From an uncultured delta proteobacterium (GTDB lineage: Bacteria > Myxococcota_A > Polyangia > Polyangiales > B10-G4): a stretch of 64,000 nucleotides of DNA. The position numbers were made by a program, and so were the translations under genes. Under the pieces are notes generated by a model. That model saw only the letters and a list, made by a program, of their open reading frames with translations, was not told the origin of the DNA and did not search any database. Positions 38,234 to 48,518 of the stretch are shown piece by piece (position 1 is the stretch's first letter; each line of letters begins with the position of its first letter). The DNA lies in NCBI GenBank assembly GCA_963727445.1, contig CAVSGI010000009.1:1-64000 (forward strand), read 5' to 3'.

Positions 38234-39412
38234 ATGGCGAAGCGGCGAACGCCCCTGCCCATCACCGCCCATGCAGCGGTCAACGCCCTCGGCCGAAGCA
38301 CGGCGGAGGTGCTCGCGAACCTCGACGCGGGGAGGAGCGGCTTGCGCCCGCCCCCATTCGAGGTGCCCCTCACCACCGTCGTCGGCGCCATCCCAGGCGA
38401 GCTCGCGCCTCTGCCCTCCGAGTGGTCCGACTACGACTGCCGTCTCTCGCGCATGGCGAAGCTCGCCTACGACGAGGTCCACGCCGCGGTGGTGGCGGCG
38501 CGGGAACGCTGGGGCGCGGAGCGGGTGGCGGTGATCCTCGGCACCAGCACCGGCGGTCTCCACGCCACCGAGCGCGCGTATTTCCAGTGGCGTGACGACG
38601 GCACGGTGCCGGACGACTTCGACTTCCACCGCCAGCACGACTTCAACGGGTTGGGCGAGCTCCTCTCCAAGCTGTCCGGCATCGACGGTCCGACCTACAC
38701 GCTGAGCACCGCCTGTTCTTCGAGTGGCAAGGTGATGGCCGCGGCGTGGCGCTTGATCGAGGCGGACGTGATCGACGCGGCGCTGGTGGGCGGCGTCGAT
38801 AGCCTCTGTCGGATGACCCTTCAAGGCTTCCACGGTCTCGGCGTGCTCTCCGACACGCACTGCCGGCCCTTCAGCGCCGAGCGCAAGGGGATCAACATCG
38901 GCGAAGGGGCCGCCTTCCAACTCATCGAGCGCGAAGGCGACAGCGACGTGTGGGTCCTCGGCGTCGGCGAATCGAGCGATGCCCACCACATGAGCTCGCC
39001 CCACCCCGAAGGGCGCGGCGCGGCCGAAGCGATGAGCCGCGCGATGGCGCAGGCGGGCCTCGAGGTCGAGGACATCGATCACATCAACGCCCACGGCACC
39101 TCCACGCTGCTCAACGACAAGGCCGAGGCCATCGCCATCCACGCCCTCTTCGGCGATCGCGTTCCGGTGGTCTCCACCAAGGGATTCACCGGTCACCTCC
39201 TGGGCGCAGCCGGCGGGACCGAGGCCAGCTTCGCCATCCACGCCGTTCGGAGCAATCGCATCCCTGCGAACCTCGGCGTCGAGCCCAAGGATCCCGACGT
39301 CCACATCGACGTGCGCCCGGAGTCGCGCACGCAACGGGTGCGCCGCGTGCTCAGCAACAGCTTCGCCTTCGGCGGGAGCAACGTGAGCCTCCTGATCGGA
39401 GAGCGGCCGTGA
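38234..39412 (+). CDS. Beta-ketoacyl-ACP synthase
   Basis: TACSSS, NAHGTST, GHLLGAAG, NSFAFGG. Confidence 0.9.
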   Translation: MAKRRTPLPITAHAAVNALGRSTAEVLANLDAGRSGLRPPPFEVPLTTVVGAIPGELAPLPSEWSDYDCRLSRMAKLAYDEVHAAVVAARERWGAERVAVILGTSTGGLHATERAYFQWRDDGTVPDDFDFHRQHDFNGLGELLSKLSGIDGPTYTLSTACSSSGKVMAAAWRLIEADVIDAALVGGVDSLCRMTLQGFHGLGVLSDTHCRPFSAERKGINIGEGAAFQLIEREGDSDVWVLGVGESSDAHHMSSPHPEGRGAAEAMSRAMAQAGLEVEDIDHINAHGTSTLLNDKAEAIAIHALFGDRVPVVSTKGFTGHLLGAAGGTEASFAIHAVRSNRIPANLGVEPKDPDVHIDVRPESRTQRVRRVLSNSFAFGGSNVSLLIGERP

Positions 39413-40161
39413 TCGGCGTCGACGGGATCGGGCTCTGGGCCCCGGGCTTCGCGAGCCTCGAGGCGTTTCGTGCGGGCGAGGCCGACGAGTCCGTCACCAT
39501 GCCCAGGTGCGCCGTCGCCAACGCTCGCGCCAAGCGCGGGGTGAGCCGCATCGCGCGGATGCTCGGTGAGGTCGTTCAGCAGGCGGCCGAGGACGCGGGC
39601 GCCGACCTCTCCGAGGTGCCGACCGTGTACGCGTCGGCCTGGGGTGAGATCGACATCATGATCAAGCTCCTCGACCAGATCGCGGACGGCGAGGTGGGCC
39701 TGAGCCCGCTGCGCTTCAAGCACAGCGTCCACAACTCCGCTTCGGGCCTGGTCTCCATCGCCGCCGAGAACCGCGGCTTCTCGACGGCCATCGCCGCCGG
39801 GCGCCGCACCTTCGAGCAGGGCGTCCTCGAGGCGCTGTCGCTGCTCCGATCTTCGGACGGTGAGCGGGTGATCCTCGCGGTCGCGGAAGACGAGCTGCCG
39901 ACGCCCCTCGATCGCTTCGGGCGCTACGCGCCGCTCGCCATCGGCCTCTGCTTCGCCAAGACGCCGCGCGAGGGCGCGCACGGCACGATCAGCTTCCCGA
40001 AGCGCGCGAGCGAGGTCCTTCGTCCGACGCTGCCCGACGCCTACGCGGCGAACCCCACCGCTCACGCGCTGCCCCTGCTCGATGCGCTCGCCTCGGGAGA
40101 GCCCGTGAAGGCGCTGGCGCTCTCGGCCGCCGATCGACCGTTCGCGATCGACGTCGGCTGA
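39409..40161 (+). CDS. Ketosynthase chain-length factor
   Basis: SP..F.HSVHN motif; short KS-like protein coupled to a KS gene. Confidence 0.8.
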   Translation: MIGVDGIGLWAPGFASLEAFRAGEADESVTMPRCAVANARAKRGVSRIARMLGEVVQQAAEDAGADLSEVPTVYASAWGEIDIMIKLLDQIADGEVGLSPLRFKHSVHNSASGLVSIAAENRGFSTAIAAGRRTFEQGVLEALSLLRSSDGERVILAVAEDELPTPLDRFGRYAPLAIGLCFAKTPREGAHGTISFPKRASEVLRPTLPDAYAANPTAHALPLLDALASGEPVKALALSAADRPFAIDVG

Positions 40162-40238
40162 TTGTCGACGCCGGTACGGCCGGGGGTGGGGTGTGGCGCG
40201 CTTCGCCTCCGTGTATCCTCGCCACTTCGGCAGAGGAA

Positions 40239-41120
40239 ATGCACTTCGACACGGAAGCCACGCGCCGGCGGATCGACCAGGCGCTCGCGACCGCCCTGGA
40301 TCAGGGTGAGCGCCAGGCGCCGCCCAAGCTCGCCGCCGCCATCCGTCACGCGGTCTTCCCGGGCGGCTCGCGCACCCGTCCCCTGCTCTGCATCGCCGTC
40401 GCCGAAGCCAATGGCGGAGGCGACCCGGCCCTCGTCGACGCGTTCGCCGCGGCCCTCGAGCTCCTGCACTGCGCGTCGTTGGTGCACGACGATCTCCCCT
40501 GTTTCGATGACGCGCCCACGCGACGCGGAGAGCCATCGGTTCATGCGGTCCACGGCGAGGCGCTCGCGGTTCTCGCGGGCGATGCACTGATCGTCTCGGC
40601 GTTCGAGGTGCTCGGCCGCGCTTCGCAGCACGCGCCCGCGCAGCTCCCGGCGCTCCTCGCCACCCTCGCCCGCGCCGCGGGCGCCTCCGAAGGGCTGGTG
40701 GCCGGGCAGGGTTGGGAAGCGGAGGACGGCGTCGCCCTCGAGCGCTATCACCGCGCGAAGACCGGTGCGCTCTTCGTGGCGGCCGCCACGGGTGGAGCCC
40801 TTTCGGCCGGCGTGGACGCCGAGCCGTGGCAACTTGTGGGCGTGCATCTCGGCGCGGCCTATCAGGTCGCGGACGACCTCCTCGACGCGCACGCCACCGA
40901 AGAGTCCGCGGGCAAGCCCACGGGTCGTGACGCTGCGCTCGGGAGACCGAGCGCGGTGGACTCCCTCGGCACGGAGGCGGCGCTCGCTCGGCTTCGCGCG
41001 CTCGTCGCGCAGGCAGCGGACGCCGTTCCCGCGTGCGACGGTCAGCCGATGCTCCGTGACCTCGTCGAAGAGATGGCGGAGCGCTTGGTTCCCGCGAGCC
41101 TCAAGCAGAGCGCTGCCTGA
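40239..41120 (+). CDS. Polyprenyl (GGPP-type) synthase
   Basis: HDDLPCFDD..RRG, KTGALF, YQVADDLLD. Confidence 0.9.
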   Translation: MHFDTEATRRRIDQALATALDQGERQAPPKLAAAIRHAVFPGGSRTRPLLCIAVAEANGGGDPALVDAFAAALELLHCASLVHDDLPCFDDAPTRRGEPSVHAVHGEALAVLAGDALIVSAFEVLGRASQHAPAQLPALLATLARAAGASEGLVAGQGWEAEDGVALERYHRAKTGALFVAAATGGALSAGVDAEPWQLVGVHLGAAYQVADDLLDAHATEESAGKPTGRDAALGRPSAVDSLGTEAALARLRALVAQAADAVPACDGQPMLRDLVEEMAERLVPASLKQSAA

Positions 41121-41128
41121 AGGCGGGG

Positions 41129-42550
41129 CTACGGCTTCGCGAGTAGCGCCGAGAGCGCGTGTGCCGTCGCGTCGGCGCGCAGGAGATGATGGGTGGGGGT
41201 GACCGGCCACGCGCCGTGCGCGGTCGCTGGATCGAGCGACGCGTGAAGGCTTCCGTTCGCGAGGAGCTGATGCGCGCGCAGAAAGTCGCGCCCGCGTTCG
41301 GCGACGCGTCGCGCATCCGCGCGCGGCGAGGCGGCGAGGAGCTCGGTGGCGAGGGCGGTGACGGGGATCTCCGGCAGCCGCTCCAGGCCGAAGCCGCCCC
41401 GATGCGGCGGCGCCTTTCGAAAGCGCTGCATCAGGGCTTTTTCGACGCGGCGCTCGGCACGCGCGTCACCCAGGGCGCGGGCGGCCGCGAGGAGCCACGG
41501 GTTTTCCCCGTGGGGATTTTCGAAGTCGAGGGTCACGCGCGCCATCACGCGCGCAGGGGCTCTGTTGCCAGCGGCTGCCACCACCTGGGCGGCGTGCCAG
41601 GGATTTTCGGCGAGGGGCCGCGCGCGATGCGCCTGCTCGACGAGCGCCTCGGTGAGCGGCAGGCCGGCGAGGGTCGCGAGGGCCAGGGTCGCCGCGCGGC
41701 GCGCTGCGTCCGTGGGAAATCCGTCGACGCGTGCTCCCGAGAGCGCGGCGTCGATCGCTTCGGCGAGCCAGCGCTTCGCCTTTCCGATACGCGCGCGCCG
41801 GCCCCCGAAGGCCGCGAGGGCGGCGATCACCGAGGCCGCGCGCCCGTGGAGCATCATGCCCGTCTCGAGGCGTCGACCGGCGCGCGCGTCGTAGCCGAAG
41901 CAGATCCGTCCCTCCGCGTCGATGCAGCCCGCGAGGAACTCGGCGGCGGCCGCTGCGCCATCGCTCTTGCGCGCGCTGCCTCCATCGAGCCGCGCGGTGA
42001 GGTGCTGCGCCTCGAAGATCACGACCTCGTCGTCGAAGGCAAGAGAGCGACCCGCCTTGCGTGCGAGGGCGTCGAGGAAGGCATCGGCGCTTGTCATGAG
42101 CCTGTCGCGCCCGACCTGCGGCAGAAGGATCGCGCTCCGCTCAGCAGGCGCGGCGAAGGCGAGGCCGTGAGTCCCGAGCTCGAGCGTCTCGGCGATCCGC
42201 CCGACGGAGCAGGGCCGCGGCGCGATGGGATACGAAACGTCCGCAGAGACCGATGCGCGATCGCCCGGAGCAATGGACGGACCGAGCCGGCGGTCGTTCA
42301 GCGCCGCCAGGAACGCACGCGCGAGTCGCTCCCCCGGCTTGCCCTCCGCGCTGCCCTGGCAGCCGCGGAGCCCCCCACGCACGTAGAGTGAGACGAAGGG
42401 GGTCGCGTCGGGGGCGGCGGGCGGCTTCGGCCATCGATCGAGGCTCTGCTGGAAGCGGAGCAGCGCGCCCAGGTAGCGCGCCGCGCTGTTCCGCGCCCGC
42501 GTCCCGAGCGGGCGCGCGAGGGCCCGATAGGGGAAGGCGGTGGCCTTCAG
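41129..42550 (-). CDS. AMMECR1-domain protein with helical C-terminal domain (start uncertain)
   Basis: FVSL....LRGCQG, DRR, G.HGL, LLPQV..FLDALARKAG. Confidence 0.7.
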   Translation of the reverse strand: MKATAFPYRALARPLGTRARNSAARYLGALLRFQQSLDRWPKPPAAPDATPFVSLYVRGGLRGCQGSAEGKPGERLARAFLAALNDRRLGPSIAPGDRASVSADVSYPIAPRPCSVGRIAETLELGTHGLAFAAPAERSAILLPQVGRDRLMTSADAFLDALARKAGRSLAFDDEVVIFEAQHLTARLDGGSARKSDGAAAAAEFLAGCIDAEGRICFGYDARAGRRLETGMMLHGRAASVIAALAAFGGRRARIGKAKRWLAEAIDAALSGARVDGFPTDAARRAATLALATLAGLPLTEALVEQAHRARPLAENPWHAAQVVAAAGNRAPARVMARVTLDFENPHGENPWLLAAARALGDARAERRVEKALMQRFRKAPPHRGGFGLERLPEIPVTALATELLAASPRADARRVAERGRDFLRAHQLLANGSLHASLDPATAHGAWPVTPTHHLLRADATAHALSALLAKP

Positions 42551-43410
42551 TCGACGGCGCGCTGTCGATCTCGCCACGCTGCGCCAGCGTCCATGCCCAA
42601 CGCATCGAGCGCCGGCACGATCTGTTCTTCGACGACCTCGGCGAGGGTCTCGCGCTGGGGCGCCGTCGCGAGGACGCCGAGCGCCCGGGCGGCTTTCTTC
42701 GAGCCCCGCGGCGCGTCTCGGCCGCGACTGAAGCGCACCTCGAGGTTTCGGACGTGCTCGCGCACGATCGCCGCGATGCGCGCGTGCTCGCTGGGCGTCC
42801 AGCGCGGCGCCCGCCACTCCAGGTAGTACCAACCCAGTCGCGCGTGCCGGATCTCGTCGGCCACGATCGTCTCGAAGAGCGGGCGGGCCACCGGGTCCGA
42901 CGCCTCGGCGGCGCAGGCGGCGAGGAGCGCCGCGGAGATCGTCTCGCCGATGGCGCTGGTGATCGTCATCACCCGATCGAGCTCCTCGAGGGCGAAGATC
43001 GCGGCCACCCCCCTGGGGCGCATCCGCTGGACGTCGAGCTCCACCTCGTCGCGCTCTTTGCCCGCGCAGAGCGCGGCCATGTGTACCGCGAGCTCGGCGT
43101 GGGCGATCTCGTCCGAAGGGATCGCGGCGGCGGCGGCGATGATGTCGAAGGGAGCCCCGTGATGCGCGAGGGAGCCGGTGAGCCGTGAAAAGCCCTCCAC
43201 CGCCAGATACTCGCCGGTCGCCAGCATCCGCTGTGCGTCGTAGGCCAGCGCGAGGGCGGGCTCGGTGTAGTCGCCTCGCTCGAATCGCTCCCAGGGGATC
43301 CGGCGGCGTTCGCGCCGACCCTTGCGACGCTCGACTTCCGAGGCGAGCTGGCGCGCGAGGGGCGTGTCAGTGACGGTGCGGCGAAAGGGGCTGCGTGCGG
43401 TCGTGTGCAC
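42547..43410 (-). CDS. Ferritin-like (diiron) domain protein
   Basis: GEY, DEIAH, GET, DEIRHARLGW ligand pattern. Confidence 0.8.
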   Translation of the reverse strand: MHTTARSPFRRTVTDTPLARQLASEVERRKGRRERRRIPWERFERGDYTEPALALAYDAQRMLATGEYLAVEGFSRLTGSLAHHGAPFDIIAAAAAIPSDEIAHAELAVHMAALCAGKERDEVELDVQRMRPRGVAAIFALEELDRVMTITSAIGETISAALLAACAAEASDPVARPLFETIVADEIRHARLGWYYLEWRAPRWTPSEHARIAAIVREHVRNLEVRFSRGRDAPRGSKKAARALGVLATAPQRETLAEVVEEQIVPALDALGMDAGAAWRDRQRAVD

Positions 43411-43414
43411 GGCG

Positions 43415-43780
43415 TCAGGCGTCGGCGGAGCCGTCCATCGAGCCATCCATCGCGCCGTCGGTGGAGCCGTCCATCGCGCCGTCGGTGGAGCCGTCCAACG
43501 AACCGTCGAACCCGGCGTCGGCGACTGAGAAGCCGCTGTCGGCGACCGAGAAGCCGGTATCGGCGACCGAGAAACCGACGTCCGCGACACCGGGGCTCGA
43601 GTCGAAGCCGATGTAGGCCACGCTGGCGACGGAGAAGGCGCTGTCGGCCACGGTCGGCGTGGGCTCGTCATCACCGCATCCCACCGCCAAGAGCGGTGGA
43701 GCCGCCGCCAGCGAAAGGCTCAGGACCGTGCGCGGCACGATCTTCGGAATGTGGCTACGTCGGCGCTTCTTCTTCGCCAT
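43415..43780 (-). CDS. Small lipoprotein-like peptide with tandem VADxGF and DG[AS][MT] repeats
   Basis: Basic N-terminus, AVGC lipobox, 21-bp and 12-bp coding repeats. Confidence 0.75.
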   Translation of the reverse strand: MAKKKRRRSHIPKIVPRTVLSLSLAAAPPLLAVGCGDDEPTPTVADSAFSVASVAYIGFDSSPGVADVGFSVADTGFSVADSGFSVADAGFDGSLDGSTDGAMDGSTDGAMDGSMDGSADA

Positions 43781-43880
43781 ATCGACCTCCCCGTCGTAGT
43801 GACGCTAACACATTCGAAATGCCCGTTGGGCCAGGGTGGGTGCAGACGCCTGCGAGCCGTGGCATCCTCGCTTCGTGGCG

Positions 43881-45506
43881 ATGCAGTGGGGATCGCTCGC
43901 GAGGGTGGGGCTGGTGGCGGCGTGCGCGCTGGCGCTGTCGAGCTGTAATGGCCTCATCGGCGACCCGGGCAGCTCCGGCGGAGGACCAGGCGGCCCGGGC
44001 GGCCCCACCGGGCCTGGCACCAATCCTGGAGACCCGCGCTTCGAGGTGCGCATGTGGCGCCTCTCGCCCGCGCAGTTCGACGGCGAGGTCGCGCGGCTCT
44101 TCGGCGACGGCGCGCCCGAGGTCGATCTTCCCGCCGGTGCCTCCGAGCACGGCATCACCAACATCTCCGCGACGGCGCGCATCGATCTGGGCAATGCGTC
44201 GCTCTTCGTCGAAGGCGCGCGGACGGTCGCCACCTGGGCCGCAGCCAATGGAGCCACCACCTCGCGCTGCACCGACTACGGCATGCCCGCGTGCATCGAC
44301 ACCGTGCTCGGCTGGCTTCCCGAGAGCGCCTTTCGCCGTCCGGTGACCGACGAAGAGACGACCGCGCTCCGCACGCTCTTCGAAGACCTCTCCCGCGACT
44401 ACGACTACGACTTCGCCTACGCCGGCGTGGTGCGCGCGGTGCTCCTCTCGCCGCACTTTCTCTATCGATCGGAGCTCGGCGACCTGAGCGACGGCATCGT
44501 CACGATGACGGACTACGAGATCGCGAACCTCCTGTCCTTTTCGATCACCGACCGCGCCCCGGACGACATGCTGCTGGCCGACGCAGCCGCCGGACGCCTC
44601 CGCGAGGCCGACGCCCGAGAGGCGCACGCGCGACGCCTGATGGAGGACTCCGGCGACGTGTGGCAGCGCTTCTTCTGGGAGTGGCTCGCCATGTCCACCC
44701 TCGAGAGTCAGGGCAACGAGGTCGGGCTCCCGAGCGCGCTGGTGACCGAGATGCAGGAGGAGCACCGGGCTTTCGTCACCGACGTGATCGTGACCCAGCG
44801 CGGCACTTTGAGCGACCTCCTCACCTCCACGCGCACCTTCGCGAGCCCGGAGCTCGCTGCGTACTACGGCGCCGCACACTCGGGGAGCGGCGTCGAGGCC
44901 ATCGACCTCGACTTCAGCCAGCGCGCCGGCCTCCTGACCCGCGCCGCCTGGCTCGTCTCTCATGGAAAGCGCGGCCGGGCGAACGTCGTGCGGCGCGGCA
45001 TGGGCATCTACCGCGACGCGATGTGCAACGACATCGCGCCGCTCATGATCGATCTCCAGGCGGCGCTCAGCGAGATCGTGTCGCCCGACGCGCCGGTCTC
45101 CGAGATCGTGCAGGCGCGCGGCAACGACCCGACCTGCGGCTCCTGTCACGCCCTCGCCGATCCCATCGGCCTCGCCTTCGAGAGCTATGCCGGTGACGGC
45201 ACCTGGCAGACCGTCTACGCCAGCGACGGCCTGCCGGTGGAGACGGGGATCGAGCTGGAAGGCGTGGGCCCGCTGCCCGACGCCATGGCTCTGTCGGCGG
45301 TGCTCGCCGACGACGTGAATTTCCAGCACTGCATGGTCCAGCGCTTCGTGCACTTCTTGATGGGGATCGACGTCGGCTCCCCCGACGCCGTTCGCTGGTC
45401 GAGCGACGCCCTGTCGGCCTTCGTCGAGAGCGGCGGCTCCTTCGAGGAGCTCCTTGTCGCCATCGTGCGCGACCCCTCCTTCGTCGAGCGGAGGAACAAC
45501 CCATGA
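43881..45506 (+). CDS. DUF1592/DUF1588-type lipoprotein with CxxCH
   Basis: LLSPHFLYRSE, RAGLLT, CGSCH..DPIGLAFE. Confidence 0.85.
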   Translation: MQWGSLARVGLVAACALALSSCNGLIGDPGSSGGGPGGPGGPTGPGTNPGDPRFEVRMWRLSPAQFDGEVARLFGDGAPEVDLPAGASEHGITNISATARIDLGNASLFVEGARTVATWAAANGATTSRCTDYGMPACIDTVLGWLPESAFRRPVTDEETTALRTLFEDLSRDYDYDFAYAGVVRAVLLSPHFLYRSELGDLSDGIVTMTDYEIANLLSFSITDRAPDDMLLADAAAGRLREADAREAHARRLMEDSGDVWQRFFWEWLAMSTLESQGNEVGLPSALVTEMQEEHRAFVTDVIVTQRGTLSDLLTSTRTFASPELAAYYGAAHSGSGVEAIDLDFSQRAGLLTRAAWLVSHGKRGRANVVRRGMGIYRDAMCNDIAPLMIDLQAALSEIVSPDAPVSEIVQARGNDPTCGSCHALADPIGLAFESYAGDGTWQTVYASDGLPVETGIELEGVGPLPDAMALSAVLADDVNFQHCMVQRFVHFLMGIDVGSPDAVRWSSDALSAFVESGGSFEELLVAIVRDPSFVERRNNP

Positions 45507-46990
45507 CGAAGAAGAAGCAGGGCTTCGGACGGCGCCGCTTCGGAGCGATCGTGGGTGGGGCCGCCGCGGGTCTCGCCCTGACCCCGTCCTTGATGCGTCG
45601 CCTTCGGGTGAAGGCCCAACCGCCCATGGGTCCGATGCGCTTCTTGGCGGTGCGCACGCCCCACGGGGTCGATCGCGACTTCTGGATCCCCCGCAACGCC
45701 GACGGGAGCGAGCCAGCCACCGCAGACGAGGCGCTCTCCGGCCTGACCTGGGACTACGAGGGCGGGATCCTGCTGCCGCTCATGCCGTGGCGCGATCAGA
45801 TCACGGTCCTCGACGGCCTGGACACGCAGGTCTGCAAGGAGGGCACGCGGCCCGGGGTGCGCACGTTCCACGGGCACAACGAGCAGGGCACGATGCTCAC
45901 CGGCGCACAGCCGCCGGAGGATCGGATGGGGAACTTCGACAACCACCCCTCCCTCGATTTCTACCTCCACGGACGCATTCCTGCGCCCGCGCTGATCACC
46001 GCCAGCGTCGAAGGGACCGGCTCGTGGAAGTGCATGAGCTACGACGCCGCCGGGCTGCCGCGGACGCCGGAGTCCGATCCGCGCGCGGTCTTTCGAGCGG
46101 CCTTCCCCTCGGACTTCGCCCCGCCGGACCCTGGCGAGCCCACCGTCGACTACACCGCGGGTGAGCAGCAGATCTTCGGCTACGACGACGCACAGCTCGC
46201 GCGCCTGCAAGCGGTGCTGCGCCACGGCGAGCTCGACAAGATCAACGCCCATCGCGAGGCGATGCAGGCGCTCACGCCGAGCGGCATGGGCACGACCATG
46301 CTCGGGGCCTGCATGACCAGCGGGATGGACGTGCCCACCGTCGACGGCAACGTCGGCGACTACCTCGGCGTCGAGCGTGTGACGCGCGCGCACTCACAGG
46401 TGATCGCCCAGGCCTTCGCCTGCGGGCGGGCGCGCATCGCGACGCTACAGATCCTCAACGACTATCCGAACTACTACACCGACGTCCCGGAGGTGCGGGC
46501 CTCGGGCGCGATCGGGATCTACGGCGACACCTACCGCTTTCACGAGAACCTCGTGCACGACTACTGGGGCGCGTCGGGGGCGATGCTCGACACGCTGCGC
46601 GTGGGGTACCTCGCCGGTCTGCGCTGGGCGGCGGGGCACTTCGCGGCGGTGCTCGAGGAGCTCGACTCGGTGGTCGATCCCCTCGATCCGTCGGGCGGGT
46701 CGATCCTCGATAACACCGTCATCTTCTGGCACAACGAATTCGGCCATGACGGCCACGACAACCAGCACACCCGCCACCCTGCGGTGATCGCCGGCGGTGG
46801 CGGACGCACCCTGCGCCTCGGCCGCTACCTGCGTCTGCGCAACATCGACAGCAGCGAGCGGGTCCCCCACAACAAGCTCCTGGTGAGCCTGGCGCACGCC
46901 ATGGGCGTGACCGACATCAACTACTTCGGCGATCGGGACCTGACGGACCGGCCCGAGTATCAGGGCCCGCTCGAGCCACTCATGGCGTGA
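45503..46990 (+). CDS. DUF1552-type Tat-exported protein
   Basis: RRRF signal; AFACG..R, G.ILDNT, HNKLLVS; coupled to the DUF1592 gene. Confidence 0.8.
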   Translation: MTKKKQGFGRRRFGAIVGGAAAGLALTPSLMRRLRVKAQPPMGPMRFLAVRTPHGVDRDFWIPRNADGSEPATADEALSGLTWDYEGGILLPLMPWRDQITVLDGLDTQVCKEGTRPGVRTFHGHNEQGTMLTGAQPPEDRMGNFDNHPSLDFYLHGRIPAPALITASVEGTGSWKCMSYDAAGLPRTPESDPRAVFRAAFPSDFAPPDPGEPTVDYTAGEQQIFGYDDAQLARLQAVLRHGELDKINAHREAMQALTPSGMGTTMLGACMTSGMDVPTVDGNVGDYLGVERVTRAHSQVIAQAFACGRARIATLQILNDYPNYYTDVPEVRASGAIGIYGDTYRFHENLVHDYWGASGAMLDTLRVGYLAGLRWAAGHFAAVLEELDSVVDPLDPSGGSILDNTVIFWHNEFGHDGHDNQHTRHPAVIAGGGGRTLRLGRYLRLRNIDSSERVPHNKLLVSLAHAMGVTDINYFGDRDLTDRPEYQGPLEPLMA

Positions 46991-47003
46991 GCGGCCGGGC
47001 GCC

Positions 47004-47351
47004 TCAGCCCGTGCAGCGAAGGGCGATGTCGTGGTTGTGACCGTCGCCGGTGTCGCTGGCGGTCGAGCCCACCATCACCGTGTCGCCGACCTGGAGCATC
47101 TGGAAGAGCGCGGCGGTGAGGGTCACCGAGTGGGTGTGATCGGCGGTGCCCCGGATGTCGTAGGTCTTGGTGACGGCCGCGGCGACGTCGGAGGCTGGGA
47201 CGGTGAGCACGTGCCCGTGGTTCGTCGAGAAGTTCGCGCTGGGCGTGCAGCCGAGGGAGGCGTCGCCTTCACCGCCCCCGCCACACGCGTTCAACACGAG
47301 CCCGCCCCCAGCAGCGCCTACCACGACCAGTACGAAGTCTCGCCTGTCCAT
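47004..47351 (-). CDS. Small Tat lipoprotein with HxH metal-binding motifs
   Basis: RRDF..LNAC; NHGH, DHTH, GHNH. Confidence 0.75.
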   Translation of the reverse strand: MDRRDFVLVVVGAAGGGLVLNACGGGGEGDASLGCTPSANFSTNHGHVLTVPASDVAAAVTKTYDIRGTADHTHSVTLTAALFQMLQVGDTVMVGSTASDTGDGHNHDIALRCTG

Positions 47352-47422
47352 GTCCACCTCCCCAGGCACGAGGGTACGCCCGTCGCCGAAGCCTGACGAC
47401 CCTGGTACGCTCGCGCGCCGAA

Positions 47423-48154
47423 ATGACGACGAAACCGAGAGCACTGGTCACGGGCGCGAGCCGGGGAATTGGCGCGGCCATCGCCAAGGACCTCGCCGCC
47501 GCCGGTCATCCCGTCATCCTCAACTACCGGAGCAACGAAGCGGCTGCCAAGGAAGTGAAGGCCGCCATCGAGCAAGCCGGGGGCACCGCCACGCTCGCGC
47601 CCTTCGACGTAGGCGACTTCGCCACCACCTCGCGCGCGATCGAGGAGCTCCTCGCCGCGGACGCAAACCCGATCGGTGTTCTGGTGAACAACGCCGGCGT
47701 CGCGCGCGACAACGTCTTCGCGATGATGAGCCTCGACGAGTGGCACGCGGTCATCCGCACCACACTCGACGGATTCTTCAACGTCACCCAGCCGTTGGTG
47801 ATGCAGATGATGCGCAAGCGCTGGGGACGCATCATCAACCTCAGCTCGATCAGCGGGGTCACGGGCACGCGCGGCCAGGTGAACTACTCGGCCGCCAAGG
47901 CCGGCATCATCGGGGCCACCAAGGCGCTGTCGAAGGAGTGCGCCAAGCGCAAGGTCACGGTGAATTGCGTGGCCCCGGGGCTCATCGACACCGAGATGAT
48001 CGCGGATGTCCGAATGGACATCGTCAAGCCCATGATCCCGATGCAGCGGGTGGGCACGCCGGAGGAGGTCTCGGCCCTGGTGGCTTTCCTGGCCAGCGAT
48101 GCCGCGAGCTACATCACCGGCCAGGTCATCGGCGTCAACGGCGGTTTCGCGTGA
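47423..48154 (+). CDS. fabG: 3-oxoacyl-ACP reductase
   Basis: TGASRGIG, NNAG, YSAAK. Confidence 0.9.
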   Translation: MTTKPRALVTGASRGIGAAIAKDLAAAGHPVILNYRSNEAAAKEVKAAIEQAGGTATLAPFDVGDFATTSRAIEELLAADANPIGVLVNNAGVARDNVFAMMSLDEWHAVIRTTLDGFFNVTQPLVMQMMRKRWGRIINLSSISGVTGTRGQVNYSAAKAGIIGATKALSKECAKRKVTVNCVAPGLIDTEMIADVRMDIVKPMIPMQRVGTPEEVSALVAFLASDAASYITGQVIGVNGGFA

Positions 48155-48227
48155 ATCCGGGAGGCGTCCCGGCGGTCTGACTGGTCGGCTTGCCTCCCCC
48201 CTTTTCCCACCTTAGAAAGCCTTCGCC

Positions 48228-48506
48228 ATGAATCAAGACCTCGAGAAGCAGCTCAAGGAAGTCATCGTCGAGTCGCTGATGCTCGAAGACGTCTCGCCCG
48301 AGGACATCGACTCCGAGGAGGCGCTCTTCGTCGACGGCCTGGGTCTCGACTCCATCGACGCCCTCGAGCTCGCCATCGCCATCGACAAGAAGTTCGGCGT
48401 GCGCATCAAGCCCGACGACGAGGACACCCGGAAGATCTTCGCGAGCGTTCGGAGCCTCGCGAGCTACCTCGCCGGACAGATGGCGGGCAGCGCCGCCGCT
48501 TCCTGA
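48228..48506 (+). CDS. Acyl carrier protein (aryl-polyene type)
   Basis: GLGLDSIDALEL. Confidence 0.92.
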   Translation: MNQDLEKQLKEVIVESLMLEDVSPEDIDSEEALFVDGLGLDSIDALELAIAIDKKFGVRIKPDDEDTRKIFASVRSLASYLAGQMAGSAAAS

Positions 48507-48518
48507 GGGCCGGCCCGC

